Shown here: positions 41,474 to 52,992 of the stretch, one piece after another
Layout of the letters: every line of letters begins with the position of its first letter
Position numbering within the stretch: position 1 is the first letter of the stretch
Assembly (NCBI GenBank): GCA_041740355.1
Contig: JBGSMD010000039.1
Span: forward strand, 1 to 64,000
DNA: 64,000 bases
Direction: 5' to 3'
DNA from: Bdellovibrionota bacterium
GTDB lineage: Bacteria; Bdellovibrionota_C; UBA2361; CALJRW01
Notes under the pieces: generated by a model
Seen by the model: only the letters and a program-made list of their open reading frames with translations
What the model was told of the DNA's origin: nothing
The model's database searches: none
Made by a program: the position numbers and the translations under genes

Positions 41474-42541
41474 TTAGAGTAAATCGGAACGATTCATTCT
41501 CTGTAACTCCATAACAATCTCTTTAACGCTTTGAGCATCTTGTTTTTTACAGACTAAAAGTGCTTCTTCGGTATCAACAATTATTAAATCATCAATACCA
41601 TATAAGGCAACTAACTTTTTACTATCTGATACCTTAATCATATTATTACTAGATTTAAGACAAACTGCCTGGCCTTGAATTGTATTGGCATTCACGTCAG
41701 GTGCGTGAAAATCTGCCCAAACATCCCAAGAGCCTATATCACTCCACCCCAAATTGTGTGCTTGAAAGAGTGTTAGTGATTTAGTTTTTTCAAGTATGCC
41801 ATTATCGATGGAAATTGAAGGTACTGCTTCAAAAAACTCACGAGTTATTTCAAATTCTTGATCAGTACCAATTGAATTTTGTAATCTTGGTATCCAGTTG
41901 CCAATTTCCGGTAGACACTCATGAAAAGCCTTGATTAACTGGCTAACTTTCCAAATAAAAATTCCGGGATTCCAGAAAAAATTACCCGCTAGGACAAATT
42001 TCTTTGCAGTTTCTAAGTCTGGTTTCTCTAAGAATTGTCTAACTTTAAAACAGTCTTTGATAGTTTCGTCGGCTGCTTCAATATAACCATACCCAGTATT
42101 TGGAAATTCTGGAGGAACTGCCACAAGGCCTAAAGTTTCGTTTTTTTCTATATAGTTAACAGCCAGATTAATTACTCTTTGGAACTCAGCTTCATTTTTG
42201 ATAGCCGCATCAGACCAAGTTGTTAACATCAAAGCATTCGGATCGATCTTAGAAAGAATTGCGGCTGCTAATGCAATTGGTGCTGCCGTATTTTTTGCTA
42301 TTGGCTCAGTAACTATCTTTGCTTTCGGCAAATGTTCGGCGCAAAGTTCGGCATGGTTGGCACTTGTCACAACTAGTATTTGTTCTTTAGTGACCAAGGC
42401 CATTCGTTCTGCTGTTGCTTGAATTAAACTATGACTACCATCCCCAAATTTTAAAAATTGCTTTGGCAAATCTTTACGACTCATTGGCCAAAAACGTGTT
42501 CCGCTTCCTCCAGCAATTATTACAGGATAAATCTTACTCAT
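41474..42541 (-). CDS. manC: Mannose-1-phosphate guanylyltransferase
   Basis: AGGSGTRFWP.SR..PKQF, GYGYI, EKP, WSDIGSW. Confidence 0.92.
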   Translation of the reverse strand: MSKIYPVIIAGGSGTRFWPMSRKDLPKQFLKFGDGSHSLIQATAERMALVTKEQILVVTSANHAELCAEHLPKAKIVTEPIAKNTAAPIALAAAILSKIDPNALMLTTWSDAAIKNEAEFQRVINLAVNYIEKNETLGLVAVPPEFPNTGYGYIEAADETIKDCFKVRQFLEKPDLETAKKFVLAGNFFWNPGIFIWKVSQLIKAFHECLPEIGNWIPRLQNSIGTDQEFEITREFFEAVPSISIDNGILEKTKSLTLFQAHNLGWSDIGSWDVWADFHAPDVNANTIQGQAVCLKSSNNMIKVSDSKKLVALYGIDDLIIVDTEEALLVCKKQDAQSVKEIVMELQRMNRSDLL

Positions 42542-42542
42542 T

Positions 42543-43418
42543 TTATTGTTGAAAATTGATTTGTTTTAAATGTGAAAGCAGACCATCTCTCCAAGTAATT
42601 GGTGGGTATCCTAAAATATCAGCCAATTTAGTACTATCTAAAGCAGAAAATTCTGGTCGCTTTGCTGGACGATTAAAATTAGCCGCAGAAACTGGGTTAA
42701 GTTTAAAATCTTTTTTTATCCGTGGATTGTGTTCTTTGGATAATTCAAGGATTGCTTCAGCAAAATCATACCAAGTAAGCGCCCCCTCGCCTGCTGCATG
42801 AATAATCCCACTAGCTCTAATCCTTGTTAAATCAAGAACCATTTCTGCTAACCAACCAGCCCAAGTTACGGTCATAAATTGATCGTTAACGATATCTAAT
42901 GAATTCTTCTCTTGAAAGAGTCGCAACATGGTATGCACAAAATTATTTCCTCTTTGTCCATGTAAAGATGAAGTTCTAATAATTAAAGCCTTATCACCTA
43001 AAATCTCCAAGGCAACTTTTTCGCCAGCTAGTTTTGATTTGCCATAAACATTTAGAGGATTTGTATCATCTGTTTCTTGATAAGCTGAACCTTTTTTGCC
43101 ATCAAAAACATAGTCCGTAGAAATTGAAACTAAATAAGAATTATTTCTAGCCACTGCCGTAGCAATATTCTTAACTCCTAATTCGTTAATCTCAAATGCT
43201 CTTTGTGGTTCGGTTTCGGCGAGATCCACTGCTGTATAAGCCGCACAATTGATCACAACATCTGGTGTAAACTTTTCTACTAAGAAATCGACTTGCTCGG
43301 CAAGTGTAACATCGACCTCAGATGTTACTGGAGAAATAATTTTAAAATTTAAATCTTTACAGCGCGAGATGATTTCGTAACCTAACTGGCCTGAACCTCC
43401 GAAAAGTAATAATTTCAT
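42543..43418 (-). CDS. rfbD: dTDP-4-dehydrorhamnose reductase
   Basis: GQLG, AAYTAVD, STDYVFDG, YGKSK. Confidence 0.93.
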   Translation of the reverse strand: MKLLLFGGSGQLGYEIISRCKDLNFKIISPVTSEVDVTLAEQVDFLVEKFTPDVVINCAAYTAVDLAETEPQRAFEINELGVKNIATAVARNNSYLVSISTDYVFDGKKGSAYQETDDTNPLNVYGKSKLAGEKVALEILGDKALIIRTSSLHGQRGNNFVHTMLRLFQEKNSLDIVNDQFMTVTWAGWLAEMVLDLTRIRASGIIHAAGEGALTWYDFAEAILELSKEHNPRIKKDFKLNPVSAANFNRPAKRPEFSALDSTKLADILGYPPITWRDGLLSHLKQINFQQ

Positions 43419-44437
43419 AGAGATTTACCATAATGCTTTTGATAAAAATCTAGGTATTCCCCAGACTTAATTTTAGTCCACCAATCTTGGTTCTCTAGAT
43501 ACCAGTTAACTGTTAATTCTAGGCCCTTTGGAAAATCAACTTTGGGTGTCCAACCGAGATCATTAGAAATCTTGCTTATATCAACGCAATAACGACGATC
43601 ATGTGCCAAACGATCTTCGACCCGCTTTATTAGAGATATCGGCTTATTTAAAACTCTCAAGATTTCTGTTGTTACCGTTAAATTCGCTAACTCCGATTCT
43701 TCTGGGCCGCCAATATTATAAACTTCTCCAGTTATACCTTTTTCAGCGACTAAAATTAATGCTTCACAATGATCTTTGACATACACCCAATGACGAATTT
43801 GTTGGCCATCGCCATATACTGGTAAAGCTTTATCCTCTAAGGCATTAGTAATAAAAAGTGGAATTAATTTCTCCGGAAATTGATACGGACCATAGTTGTT
43901 GGTACATCTTGTTACTAGGGCATCAAATCCATGAGTTTTAGCCGCAGCTAAAACTAATAAGTCGGAGGAGGCTTTAGATGCTGCGTAAGGACTTGTTGGA
44001 TCTAGTGGAGTAGTTTCATGGAACTTACCAGTTGCTCCTAATGCACCATAAACTTCATCCGTAGAGATATGAATAAATCTTTTAACCTTAGAATGTCTAG
44101 CCGCATCTAGTAAGTTTTGTGTTCCAAGCACATTGGTTGTAACAAATTCTGCAGCACTATGAATAGAACGATCCACATGAGATTCAGCTGCTAAATGAAA
44201 AAGATACTCAATTGAATTCTTATTAAAAAATTCGCTTACAACCTTAGGATCAGCAATATCAATTTTGTGAAAGGTAATTCTATCGTCCCTAAGTAAAGGA
44301 GCGATATTCTCCATATTTCCTGCATACGTTAAGGAATCAAGCAGATAAATCCTCGCAGTTGGATAACGTTCACTTACTAAATAAGCTAAGTTACTTCCAA
44401 TAAAGCCTGCTGCTCCCGTTATAACAATATTATTCAT
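43415..44437 (-). CDS. rfbB: dTDP-glucose 4,6-dehydratase
   Basis: LTYAGN, AAESHVDRSI, STDEVYG, PYQFPEKLIP. Confidence 0.95.
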   Translation of the reverse strand: MNNIVITGAAGFIGSNLAYLVSERYPTARIYLLDSLTYAGNMENIAPLLRDDRITFHKIDIADPKVVSEFFNKNSIEYLFHLAAESHVDRSIHSAAEFVTTNVLGTQNLLDAARHSKVKRFIHISTDEVYGALGATGKFHETTPLDPTSPYAASKASSDLLVLAAAKTHGFDALVTRCTNNYGPYQFPEKLIPLFITNALEDKALPVYGDGQQIRHWVYVKDHCEALILVAEKGITGEVYNIGGPEESELANLTVTTEILRVLNKPISLIKRVEDRLAHDRRYCVDISKISNDLGWTPKVDFPKGLELTVNWYLENQDWWTKIKSGEYLDFYQKHYGKSL

Positions 44438-44525
44438 TTTAATTAATTAAATTTTAACTTAGATAATTTGTGGATAATTTATAGTTTTTTAATATTGAAT
44501 GCAATCCATGCTAATGCACTTTCTA

Positions 44526-47084
44526 CTAATTACTTGCCGCATTTGGATCCTGTAATAGTGAAAAACCTTGATTTAAAGCCCCTAAGCCTTTTAAGGTAAT
44601 TGTTGCGATGAAATCTTTTGAATTTGGATTAATCCTTTCTCTAAATCCTAAATCTAAATCCCAGCAATTACACTCACTACTAATTCTCAAGGCAAACTGA
44701 TTATCAATAAAATCATTTTTACTTTCATTATATCTGGCGTAATAACCTAGACGAAGCCTTTCATTAATCAGAATTTCGATATTTCCCTCTAGCTGACTGG
44801 TGTTACCTTCTGATTCGCTAGTTTCCTCTTCTAAATACGAATAACGTAATCGTAAACTATCACCCCGATCATCATAGAAATGTGTTCGAGTTCCCCAAGA
44901 GGAAAAATCTTGTTCCTCGGTGTTGAAGTTGGAATCAAACATCAGAGCTAAATAATTACTTGGATATAAACCAAAAGTATTTCCTAAATCTGACCAGGGA
45001 GAAGCCGCAGCCTCGGGATCGTCGACAGCTATGTCTCGGTCTGCATCACCTAAATAATTATATGTTTGATACAGGGACAGGCTTGCTAACTCGCGGATCG
45101 CAGCTCGATTTAAAACAGGCTTTGGTAAAATTTCACGGGAAGATCCCGAAACCCCAGGATATGAAAGTGTTTCAAGTGAGCTAACGGCAGGTACACTTCC
45201 GATTTCTGGAGCAAGTTCAGGAATTGAATCAGCAACTGTGTTAATTGGTTCAAATTTACCATAAATACTACTTCGGGCTTGCATTCCAACTAATTGTCTT
45301 TCCCTAATTCGGTCGACCGAATCAAATAATGGTAAACTATTTTGATCTTCATCTGGAACATAGGTAAAAGTAAGTCGTGGTTCTATCGTCTGCTTTATTC
45401 TTGTTAGACGTGTAGTTTGATGTGTACGACCAATTGATGTTAGCCAAGTAAGAGGTGAAGACTTACCAATATCAGAGACTCGCTCAACTTCCGTTCCAAC
45501 GTTTGCGGATAATGTATAAACATTTCGAGTATCTTCACTAACAATACTTTGAGGATCTGCGGGATCAAGATTGTTGTCTAAACTATAACTAGTTGAGTTA
45601 TAGCTGCTACGCAAATCCCCATTAAGAAAGTTCTTATAGTGATAAGGGATTTTTAACGATGGATTCAGATCAACACGCTGACCCTCATAACCAGTATTTC
45701 GTGTGAAATTGACTGCTTGGATATTATTTGCAGCCACTAATTTAAGACCTAATAAATTCTGCCCCAAAGGGCTCATAACTTTTTGCGATCTTAGATTTAC
45801 TTCAGGTGCTCTTTGAAAAATTAGATCCTGATCTGTCTGGAAGGCCTGGTTGTATTCACCTGATAATTCAGCTGATAATAATGGATCGATATTCGCTCGC
45901 ACCACAGATCGGCTTGTTGTAAAACGAGAATTATACAGACCTAACTGCGGATCATCAAATTCCCGAAGAAATAAACTATCACTTACCAAATGAATATTAG
46001 AATTCCAAGTTACAGGTGTTTCACTCTGGGTTGGATTACGCCATTGATGGGTCAAGAATCCTGCCATTCTTTGATCGTCAAATGTTTTATCAAATAAGTC
46101 ATCCGTATTTGTTCCCCGATTTTCTCCATCTCGAATCGATTCATCGGAGAAGTAAAAGCGACTGGCTAATTTACTACGAGTAGAAAACTCTTCATTGTAG
46201 TCAACGGCAACTCCATTACGAGTGCGACTTTCGGTAAAAGGGCGGATAATCAAATCTGTACTATCATCAACATCATAGAAATATGGGATCGTAAACATTG
46301 TTCCGTTTACGTTACTATAACCAAAACGAGGAACTAAAAGACCAGATTGTCGCTCACGCTTAAAAGGAAAAATAACTTTTGGTAAATAAAGTGCCGTTTT
46401 TTGGTTAATCTTGAATCTGAAATCATTAGCTTTTCCATATCCCTCTTCTCTTACCTTTAAATCAGAACATGTAATTGACCAAGGCTGACTTCCATCTGCG
46501 CATTGACATGGGGATAGCTCAGGTTGCTTGAAGTAATAATCAAACTCAGACACTTTACTGACCTGTTCTGCTTTAATGTTAAAATCACTCTCTTCGGCAA
46601 TTAATGTCGCATTTTTAAATGTGCCAGTTTCAGTCTCAAGATCGACTTCGGCAGAATCAGAGGCAATCGAGCCAGTCGGCCAGCCAAAAAAAACATTTCC
46701 TTTAACCTTGGCTTTTTGCTCTTCCATATCATATTGCCCCTGATCGGCTTGGATTTGCACATCTCCTCGACTTAATACTAAACCATTTTCTAATTTAATT
46801 TTATTTTGACCAGGTTGGTATTTTAAATCTGTGGAAGAAATTTGTAAGTCATTGTTAGCAGGTTGATCACTTTTTAGAATGGATTCTTTTCTTTTAGTTT
46901 TAATTCTTTGGTAGTTAGCAGTATCTTGTAAGAATAAACCATCAGGGTTTGGGGAATCTACTTGAGCAAAAGAATCTATTGCCGAAAATAAAAGACTACT
47001 AAATAAAACTAATATAAAACTAGTATAGAAAGTATCGCTCTTCTTTTTGGGAGATTTGTTTATTGAAGTTACGATATAATTCAC
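44526..47084 (-). CDS. lptD: LPS assembly protein LptD
   Basis: OstA-like N-terminus, RQSGLL.P, IEP...Y, C-terminal CNCW and LKGLG. Confidence 0.85.
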   Translation of the reverse strand: MNYIVTSINKSPKKKSDTFYTSFILVLFSSLLFSAIDSFAQVDSPNPDGLFLQDTANYQRIKTKRKESILKSDQPANNDLQISSTDLKYQPGQNKIKLENGLVLSRGDVQIQADQGQYDMEEQKAKVKGNVFFGWPTGSIASDSAEVDLETETGTFKNATLIAEESDFNIKAEQVSKVSEFDYYFKQPELSPCQCADGSQPWSITCSDLKVREEGYGKANDFRFKINQKTALYLPKVIFPFKRERQSGLLVPRFGYSNVNGTMFTIPYFYDVDDSTDLIIRPFTESRTRNGVAVDYNEEFSTRSKLASRFYFSDESIRDGENRGTNTDDLFDKTFDDQRMAGFLTHQWRNPTQSETPVTWNSNIHLVSDSLFLREFDDPQLGLYNSRFTTSRSVVRANIDPLLSAELSGEYNQAFQTDQDLIFQRAPEVNLRSQKVMSPLGQNLLGLKLVAANNIQAVNFTRNTGYEGQRVDLNPSLKIPYHYKNFLNGDLRSSYNSTSYSLDNNLDPADPQSIVSEDTRNVYTLSANVGTEVERVSDIGKSSPLTWLTSIGRTHQTTRLTRIKQTIEPRLTFTYVPDEDQNSLPLFDSVDRIRERQLVGMQARSSIYGKFEPINTVADSIPELAPEIGSVPAVSSLETLSYPGVSGSSREILPKPVLNRAAIRELASLSLYQTYNYLGDADRDIAVDDPEAAASPWSDLGNTFGLYPSNYLALMFDSNFNTEEQDFSSWGTRTHFYDDRGDSLRLRYSYLEEETSESEGNTSQLEGNIEILINERLRLGYYARYNESKNDFIDNQFALRISSECNCWDLDLGFRERINPNSKDFIATITLKGLGALNQGFSLLQDPNAASN

Positions 47085-47136
47085 TTATTTAATTTTAAGG
47101 ATTACAATTAATTTAAGTAAAAGCTTAGCTTTTACT

Positions 47137-47175
47137 TAAATCCTCCGCATATTAAATTTGCAGAGGGTGAGTATA
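47137..47175. repeat. Minimal 39-bp derivative of MITE family B
   Basis: TAAATCCTCCGCA...TTTGCAGAGGGTGAGTATA joins both termini of family B. Confidence 0.65.
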
Positions 47176-47176
47176 A

Positions 47177-48031
47177 TCAGTTACCAAATCCGAAATTTGT
47201 CAAGATTAAGGCAATCTCTTCCCTTAACTTCGCTCTAGTAACAATACGATCAATCATACCATGTTCCAACAAAAATTCTGAACGTTGAAAACCTTCCGGT
47301 AATTTTTGTCTAATAGTTTGTTCGATCACTCGTGGTCCCGCAAATCCGATTAAAGCTTTTGGCTCCGCGAGAATTACATCGCCTAGCATAGCAAATGATG
47401 CAGCAACACCGCCAGTGGTTGGATCAGTTAATAATGAAATATATGGGACTCTAACTTGACCCAAACGAGCAAGAGCAGCACTAACTTTAGCCATCTGCAT
47501 TAATGAAAAAATTCCTTCTTGCATTCTAGCACCACCAGATGCTGAAATAATAATTACAGGACGCTTTTCTTCAATTCCCAGCTCGACCAGTCTCGTTAGT
47601 TTCTCTCCAACAACTGAACCCATGCTGCCACCCATGTAACTGAACTCGAAAACTCCCAACATTACTGGTACATTAAGAATCCTAGCACGACCAGTGATTA
47701 CAGCTTCATTAGAACCACTACTCTTTTCTGCAGCTTTAATTCTTTCTTTGTATTTTTTGGAATCTTTAAAACTTAAGGGATCGCTTGACTTGAGATTGCG
47801 GTCTAACTCCACAAAGGAGTGCCGATCAACCAATAATGGAATTCTTTCGCTTGATTTTAGGCGAAAATGATAACTACAGTGACTGCAAACCCCAAAGCTA
47901 CGTCGAAGATCACGAGTGTATAATACTGCCTGACAAGATGGACATTTTGACCAAATATCATCAGGAATCTCTAACTTTTCATTTTGCTCCAGAACAGGTC
48001 TTGGAGCTTTGCTTCTTGTAAACCAACTCAT
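47177..48031 (-). CDS. accD: Acetyl-CoA carboxylase carboxyltransferase beta
   Basis: MSWF start, WSKCPSC zinc finger, GGSMG, SGGARMQEG, GFAGPRVIEQT; the longer ORF start lies inside repeats. Confidence 0.96.
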   Translation of the reverse strand: MSWFTRSKAPRPVLEQNEKLEIPDDIWSKCPSCQAVLYTRDLRRSFGVCSHCSYHFRLKSSERIPLLVDRHSFVELDRNLKSSDPLSFKDSKKYKERIKAAEKSSGSNEAVITGRARILNVPVMLGVFEFSYMGGSMGSVVGEKLTRLVELGIEEKRPVIIISASGGARMQEGIFSLMQMAKVSAALARLGQVRVPYISLLTDPTTGGVAASFAMLGDVILAEPKALIGFAGPRVIEQTIRQKLPEGFQRSEFLLEHGMIDRIVTRAKLREEIALILTNFGFGN

Positions 48032-48069
48032 AGTTGCGCTAACATATCGCTTAACAAAAAATGTGTAAA

Positions 48070-48160
48070 GTGACACTGAATTTTGAAAAAATTCAGTGTC
48101 ACCACGCCGTAGCCGAAAGGCGTAGGCGGGTTCATCACGCCGAAGTATTAGCGAAGGCGG
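48070..48160. repeat. Perfect 15-bp inverted repeat followed by two tandem GC-rich mini-hairpins
   Basis: GTGACACTGAATTTT-GAA-AAAATTCAGTGTCAC; CACGCCGTAGCCGAAAGGCGTAGGCGG and CACGCCGAAGTATTAGCGAAGGCGG. Confidence 0.75.
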
Positions 48161-48200
48161 TTCCTTCACTAAATTTAGATTTTATCTATTCTGCACCACA

Positions 48201-48959
48201 ATGAATATTTGGCAATTAAATCAGGCAATTAGTAACTTCCTTGAAACCTCAGAATATCCGGATGATTCTGTAAATGGATTACAAGTCGAAAGTAAAAATA
48301 CCTCAATCAAAAAAATTGCCTTAGCGGTGGATTCTGGTCTTTCTATTATCCAAGAAGCAGTTGATAGAAAAGCAGATCTTCTAATAGTACATCATGGACT
48401 TTTCTGGGGGCAGTCCAGCTCGATTACAGGTTTATTAGCAAAAAAAATTGATACTCTGCTAGCTAATTCCTGTTCATTAATTGCTCAACACCTTCCTCTT
48501 GATGGAAATCCATTTGTTGGAAATAACTATGAACTTGCTCGACTTTTTGAACTTGAAGAAATCATAGGCTTTGGTCCTCTCTCTGGAAATAAATACTATG
48601 GCTGTGCTGGTAAATTTTTTGAACCGAAGAAAATTGAACATTTCCTCAGTAAAGCTAATCAACTAGTTGGTTTTGACTACAAATTATCACTTCCCTTTGG
48701 CAAATCTGAAATCTTTACTTGTGCGATAGTTAGTGGCAGTGGAAGTTTTGCTATGGAACAATGTTATCATAAATATGATTTATTTATCTCTGGGGAACCA
48801 AAGCAGTCTGTTTTTCATGATTCCAAGGATAATCAGCAAAATGCCTTGTTTTTGGGACACTATGCCACAGAAACTATTGGAATTAAGGCCCTTGGTAAAT
48901 GGATTAATGATAATTATCAGATTGAAACTTTCTTTATTGATCAGCCAACACATATCTAG
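48201..48959 (+). CDS. Nif3/YbgI dinuclear metal-center protein
   Basis: NGLQV, VHHGLFW, HLPLD, GHYATE. Confidence 0.92.
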   Translation: MNIWQLNQAISNFLETSEYPDDSVNGLQVESKNTSIKKIALAVDSGLSIIQEAVDRKADLLIVHHGLFWGQSSSITGLLAKKIDTLLANSCSLIAQHLPLDGNPFVGNNYELARLFELEEIIGFGPLSGNKYYGCAGKFFEPKKIEHFLSKANQLVGFDYKLSLPFGKSEIFTCAIVSGSGSFAMEQCYHKYDLFISGEPKQSVFHDSKDNQQNALFLGHYATETIGIKALGKWINDNYQIETFFIDQPTHI

Positions 48960-48964
48960 TTGCG

Positions 48965-49996
48965 ATGAAAGAAATCAAAATATCAGCACCAGGAAAAATA
49001 CATTTAATTGGTGAACACTCGGTTGTTTATGGTGAACCTGCTATTATTACTACTGTAAATCTCCATACCAATCTAATTTTTGAAGAATCTGAAAATATAA
49101 AAATTCAAATCAGTGAACAAAAATTTCAATATATTCAGGAAGAACTTGTGATCCTTGCGGATCAGGCAATGGAACTCTGGCATTTAGGCAAAGAAACAAA
49201 TAATTTTAATAATCTATTTAATTTATACAACAACAATCCACTTAATTTTTTAAAGATTGCCTTAGGTAACCTAATTAATAAATTTAAGGTCACAAAAGGC
49301 TTTCAGATTAAAGAAACTTCGAATCTTCCCCTAGGATCGGGTCTAGGTTCTTCCGCCTCATTTGCCGTAGCTTTAGCTGCTGGTTTCGAGAAGTTTTTTA
49401 CAGATACTTTTAATTTAGAAACAATTAATCAAAATGCTTTTAGTCTAGAACAAATAGCAAATGGTAATCCCTCAGGAGGTGATAATGCTTGCTGTTGCTT
49501 TGGAGGATTAATTAATTTCCAAAAACAGCCTGACTCCGAACAAGCAATAATTAAGCCCTTAAAAATAAATTTATCGCAAGAAAGTAATAAATTTATTTTA
49601 ATTAATACCGGAAAACCAGAAAAAACTACTGGAGAATTAGTGCAACAAGTTTCTTTATTAGATCCATTTTTTAGGAAGGAACGTTGTCAGTTAATCACCT
49701 CGTATATTTCACCCCTGCTTCTAGCACTAGAAAACAACGATCCTGATTCGATCTCTTTATGCCTTAATAATACCCATTCACAACTAAGCGAATTAGGTGT
49801 TTCAACATCGTTGCTAAACAAGCTGCAATCAGAAATTAAAAAGATTGGAGGGGGAGCAAAGCTTTGTGGTGCAGGTGGTGGTGGAATTCTTTTAGCATAT
49901 CATCAAAATCCCGAAGAATTAATTACTATCGCTAACAAGAATAAACTAAAGTATTACCAAGTCATGCTGGCGACTGAAGGAGTTTGTTTTTCATAA
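48965..49996 (+). CDS. mvk: Mevalonate kinase (GHMP family)
   Basis: [37 protein letters not shown]. Confidence 0.85.
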   Translation: MKEIKISAPGKIHLIGEHSVVYGEPAIITTVNLHTNLIFEESENIKIQISEQKFQYIQEELVILADQAMELWHLGKETNNFNNLFNLYNNNPLNFLKIALGNLINKFKVTKGFQIKETSNLPLGSGLGSSASFAVALAAGFEKFFTDTFNLETINQNAFSLEQIANGNPSGGDNACCCFGGLINFQKQPDSEQAIIKPLKINLSQESNKFILINTGKPEKTTGELVQQVSLLDPFFRKERCQLITSYISPLLLALENNDPDSISLCLNNTHSQLSELGVSTSLLNKLQSEIKKIGGGAKLCGAGGGGILLAYHQNPEELITIANKNKLKYYQVMLATEGVCFS

Positions 49997-50000
49997 TTCT

Positions 50001-50639
50001 ATGTCTCAAAAAAATATTAAACTATTAAGCCATACTTTCCTTCCACAAATCTCTCATCACTATCAGGAAATAATAGACTTAATTGGAGAAGACTCCTCAC
50101 GCGAAGGATTAATTAAAACTCCGGAAAGAGCCTCTAAGGCAATCCAGTTTATGACGAGTGGCTACGAACAAGATGCCGAAGCAATCCTCAAATCAGCAAT
50201 CTTTAAAGAAGAATATCGCAACATGGTAATCGTTAAGGACATTGAGTTTTACTCTCTATGCGAACATCACCTTTTACCCTTTTTTGGAAAAGCTCATGTT
50301 GCCTATATCCCTAATGGCCAAATTGTAGGACTAAGTAAAATACCTCGAGTAATAGATGTATTTGCTAGACGACTTCAAGTTCAGGAAAGACTGACAAATG
50401 AAATTGTTACTTGCTTGCAAAAAACTTTAGAACCACTTGGAGTAGGAGTTATAATTGAAGCACAACATATGTGTATGATGATGCGTGGTGTACAAAAGCA
50501 AAATTCAATTACTAAAACAGCAGCCTTAACTGGAGTATTTGAAAGAGAAGAAGTTAGGATGGAATTCTTATCTTTAATTCAAAAAAAAGAATTGCAGAAT
50601 ATGCAAAAAACTAATCGGCGCAAAATTTTTAGGGAGTAG
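50001..50639 (+). CDS. folE: GTP cyclohydrolase I
   Basis: KTPER, SLCEHH, GLSK, RLQVQE, HMCM.MRG. Confidence 0.95.
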   Translation: MSQKNIKLLSHTFLPQISHHYQEIIDLIGEDSSREGLIKTPERASKAIQFMTSGYEQDAEAILKSAIFKEEYRNMVIVKDIEFYSLCEHHLLPFFGKAHVAYIPNGQIVGLSKIPRVIDVFARRLQVQERLTNEIVTCLQKTLEPLGVGVIIEAQHMCMMMRGVQKQNSITKTAALTGVFEREEVRMEFLSLIQKKELQNMQKTNRRKIFRE

Positions 50640-51582
50640 CAATTTCTTGATACCACTTCCAGAATTTTGTTAGACCTTCCTCTAAATCAACCTTTGGTTG
50701 ATAATCAAATAATTTTTGGGCCTTAGTAATATCAGCAAAAGTTCTAGGAACTTCACTCTGTGGGGTTGGCACATTTTTAATAATTGCGGCTTTGCCAATA
50801 ACATTCTGGATGACTTGCATAAAATTATTTAAGGATACCGGATTACCTCGACCTAAGTTGACGATTTCGTAACCTTGCGGGCGATCAATTGCGGCAATAA
50901 AACCCTTAACTAAATCATCAACGTATGTCCAATCTCTTTCCATCTCGCCTTGACCAAAAATTGGAATCTCTTCCTGATTAAGAATTGATTCTGTAACACG
51001 ATATGGCATCATGTCGGGGCGACCTTTCGGTCCGTAGACATTAAAGAAACGCAGAGATGTAAAATTTAACCCATGTATATTATTATAGGCATGTCCTAAT
51101 AACTCAGCGGACTTTTTAGTGGCAGGATATGCTGCGAGTGGTGAATCGGATTGATCTGTTTCTTTAAAGGGAACAATGTCTCTCGCTCCATAGATCGAGC
51201 CAGTCGAGGCAAAAACAAAATTCTTAGCTTGATGTTCAACAGATAATTCTAAAAGGTTATTAGTTCCGGAAATATTTACATCAATAAAGACTTGTGGATT
51301 CTTTACAGAATAACGAACATTCGCCATGGCACCAAGATGGGCGACAACATCAGGCTGAAAACTTTCAAAGGCCTTGCTAAGCTTTAATCGATTACAAAAA
51401 TCAAGCTCTGCTAGCAGGCAATTTTCAAATGCTAATAATTCTTTAATATTACGACGTTTGAATTCTGGATTGTAATAATCGTTAAAATTATCAACTAAAA
51501 GTACGGAGTCACCCCGTTCCAATAATTTTTGGGCAAGGCTGCTACCAATAAATCCAGCACCACCAGTAACGAGAATCTTCAC
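50629..51582 (-). CDS. UDP-glucuronate 4-epimerase-like SDR
   Basis: [27 protein letters not shown]. Confidence 0.85.
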   Translation of the reverse strand: MKILVTGGAGFIGSSLAQKLLERGDSVLLVDNFNDYYNPEFKRRNIKELLAFENCLLAELDFCNRLKLSKAFESFQPDVVAHLGAMANVRYSVKNPQVFIDVNISGTNNLLELSVEHQAKNFVFASTGSIYGARDIVPFKETDQSDSPLAAYPATKKSAELLGHAYNNIHGLNFTSLRFFNVYGPKGRPDMMPYRVTESILNQEEIPIFGQGEMERDWTYVDDLVKGFIAAIDRPQGYEIVNLGRGNPVSLNNFMQVIQNVIGKAAIIKNVPTPQSEVPRTFADITKAQKLFDYQPKVDLEEGLTKFWKWYQEIATP

Positions 51583-51585
51583 GTT

Positions 51586-52992
51586 CTACTTTTCCCACTC
51601 CGTATGAAAAGTTCCCTCAATATCTTTTCGTTGGTAGGTGTGTGCACCAAAGAAATCACGCTGTGCCTGGGTTAAATTTTGTGGCAAATTAGCAGAACGA
51701 TAACAATCATAATAAGATAAGGCTGTAGCCAGAGCCATTACTGGAACTCCACCTAAACAGGCATCGGATACAACTTTACGTAAACTTGGGATGTTTTTCT
51801 CTAATTCCTTAGTCATAAAATCCGCTAACATTAAATTAGCAATGTTTGGATTTGCTTGATAGGCTTTGGTAATATCACCTAGGAATTTAGCACGTATAAT
51901 ACAACCACCCTTCCAAAGAGCAGCAATCTCGTCAAGCTTTAAATCCCAGTGATATTGATTGGATGCTTCTTGTATAAGAGCCATTCCCTGAGCATAGGAA
52001 ATAATCTTGGCCGCATACAAAGCATTGTGCACTTCGGCTGCAAATTTATCTTGATCCAAATCCGTTATTTGAGTTAAGGCCGGAAGAATCTTGGAGGCCA
52101 CGACGCGCTGATCTTTAAAACTACTTAATGTTCTAGCTGTAACAGCGGCGGCAATAGTCGGAACAGGTATACCAAGTTCTAAGGCAACTTCCGAAGTCCA
52201 TTGTCCCGTTCCTTTTTGCCCGGCACGATCTAAGATTTTATCAACTAGAAATCCTTCCCCTTCCGGATCCTTAAATTTAAATATTTCAGTAGTAATTTCA
52301 ATTAAGAATGAACTTAAAACACCTTGATTCCATTTTTCAAAAGTTTTAGCGAGCTGTTCCGGTTTAAATCCAGCTAAGTCAGTTAAGGTTTGATAGCATT
52401 CGGCAATCAATTGCATGTCAGCATATTCAATTCCATTACGTACCATCTTTACAAAATGACCTGCACCATCTGGACCAATATAATTAGTACATGGTCCATC
52501 GACATTGGCAGCAATTTTAGAAAACATCTCAGCAACTTTTTCCCAAGCATGTTTTGGTCCACCTGGCATAATACTTGGGCCATTTAATGCACCAGTTTCT
52601 CCACCAGAAATTCCTGCTCCAATAAAATTAACCCCTATTTTAGCCAAAAGATCTACTCTTCTTTTAGTATCCTTAAACCAAGCATTACCTCCATCGATTA
52701 AGATATCACCAAGTTCTAAAAAGGGTGTTAAGCCTTGAATCACAGCATCCGTTGGTTCACCAGCTTTGACCATCAAGATAATCTTTCTTGGTTGTTGAAT
52801 ACTTTGGACAAATTCTTGTAATCCTTCGGTACCAACAAATTTTAGATTAGAAAATTCTTCAATAAATTGCTCTGTGACGCTAGCAGTTCGGTTGCATACT
52901 GAAACCTGATATCCACGACTCTCTAAGTTACGTGCCAAATTTGAGCCCATTACGGCTAATCCATATAATCCAACATCTGATTTTTTTTGCAT
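51586..52992 (-). CDS. gnd: 6-phosphogluconate dehydrogenase (NADP, decarboxylating)
   Basis: GLAVMG, DGGN, SGGE, QKGTG, AQRDFFGAH. Confidence 0.95.
   Translation of the reverse strand: MQKKSDVGLYGLAVMGSNLARNLESRGYQVSVCNRTASVTEQFIEEFSNLKFVGTEGLQEFVQSIQQPRKIILMVKAGEPTDAVIQGLTPFLELGDILIDGGNAWFKDTKRRVDLLAKIGVNFIGAGISGGETGALNGPSIMPGGPKHAWEKVAEMFSKIAANVDGPCTNYIGPDGAGHFVKMVRNGIEYADMQLIAECYQTLTDLAGFKPEQLAKTFEKWNQGVLSSFLIEITTEIFKFKDPEGEGFLVDKILDRAGQKGTGQWTSEVALELGIPVPTIAAAVTARTLSSFKDQRVVASKILPALTQITDLDQDKFAAEVHNALYAAKIISYAQGMALIQEASNQYHWDLKLDEIAALWKGGCIIRAKFLGDITKAYQANPNIANLMLADFMTKELEKNIPSLRKVVSDACLGGVPVMALATALSYYDCYRSANLPQNLTQAQRDFFGAHTYQRKDIEGTFHTEWEK

Noticed and set aside
50629-50639. 11-bp convergent overlap of folE and the epimerase gene
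   Set aside because: Short 3' overlaps are common in compact genomes
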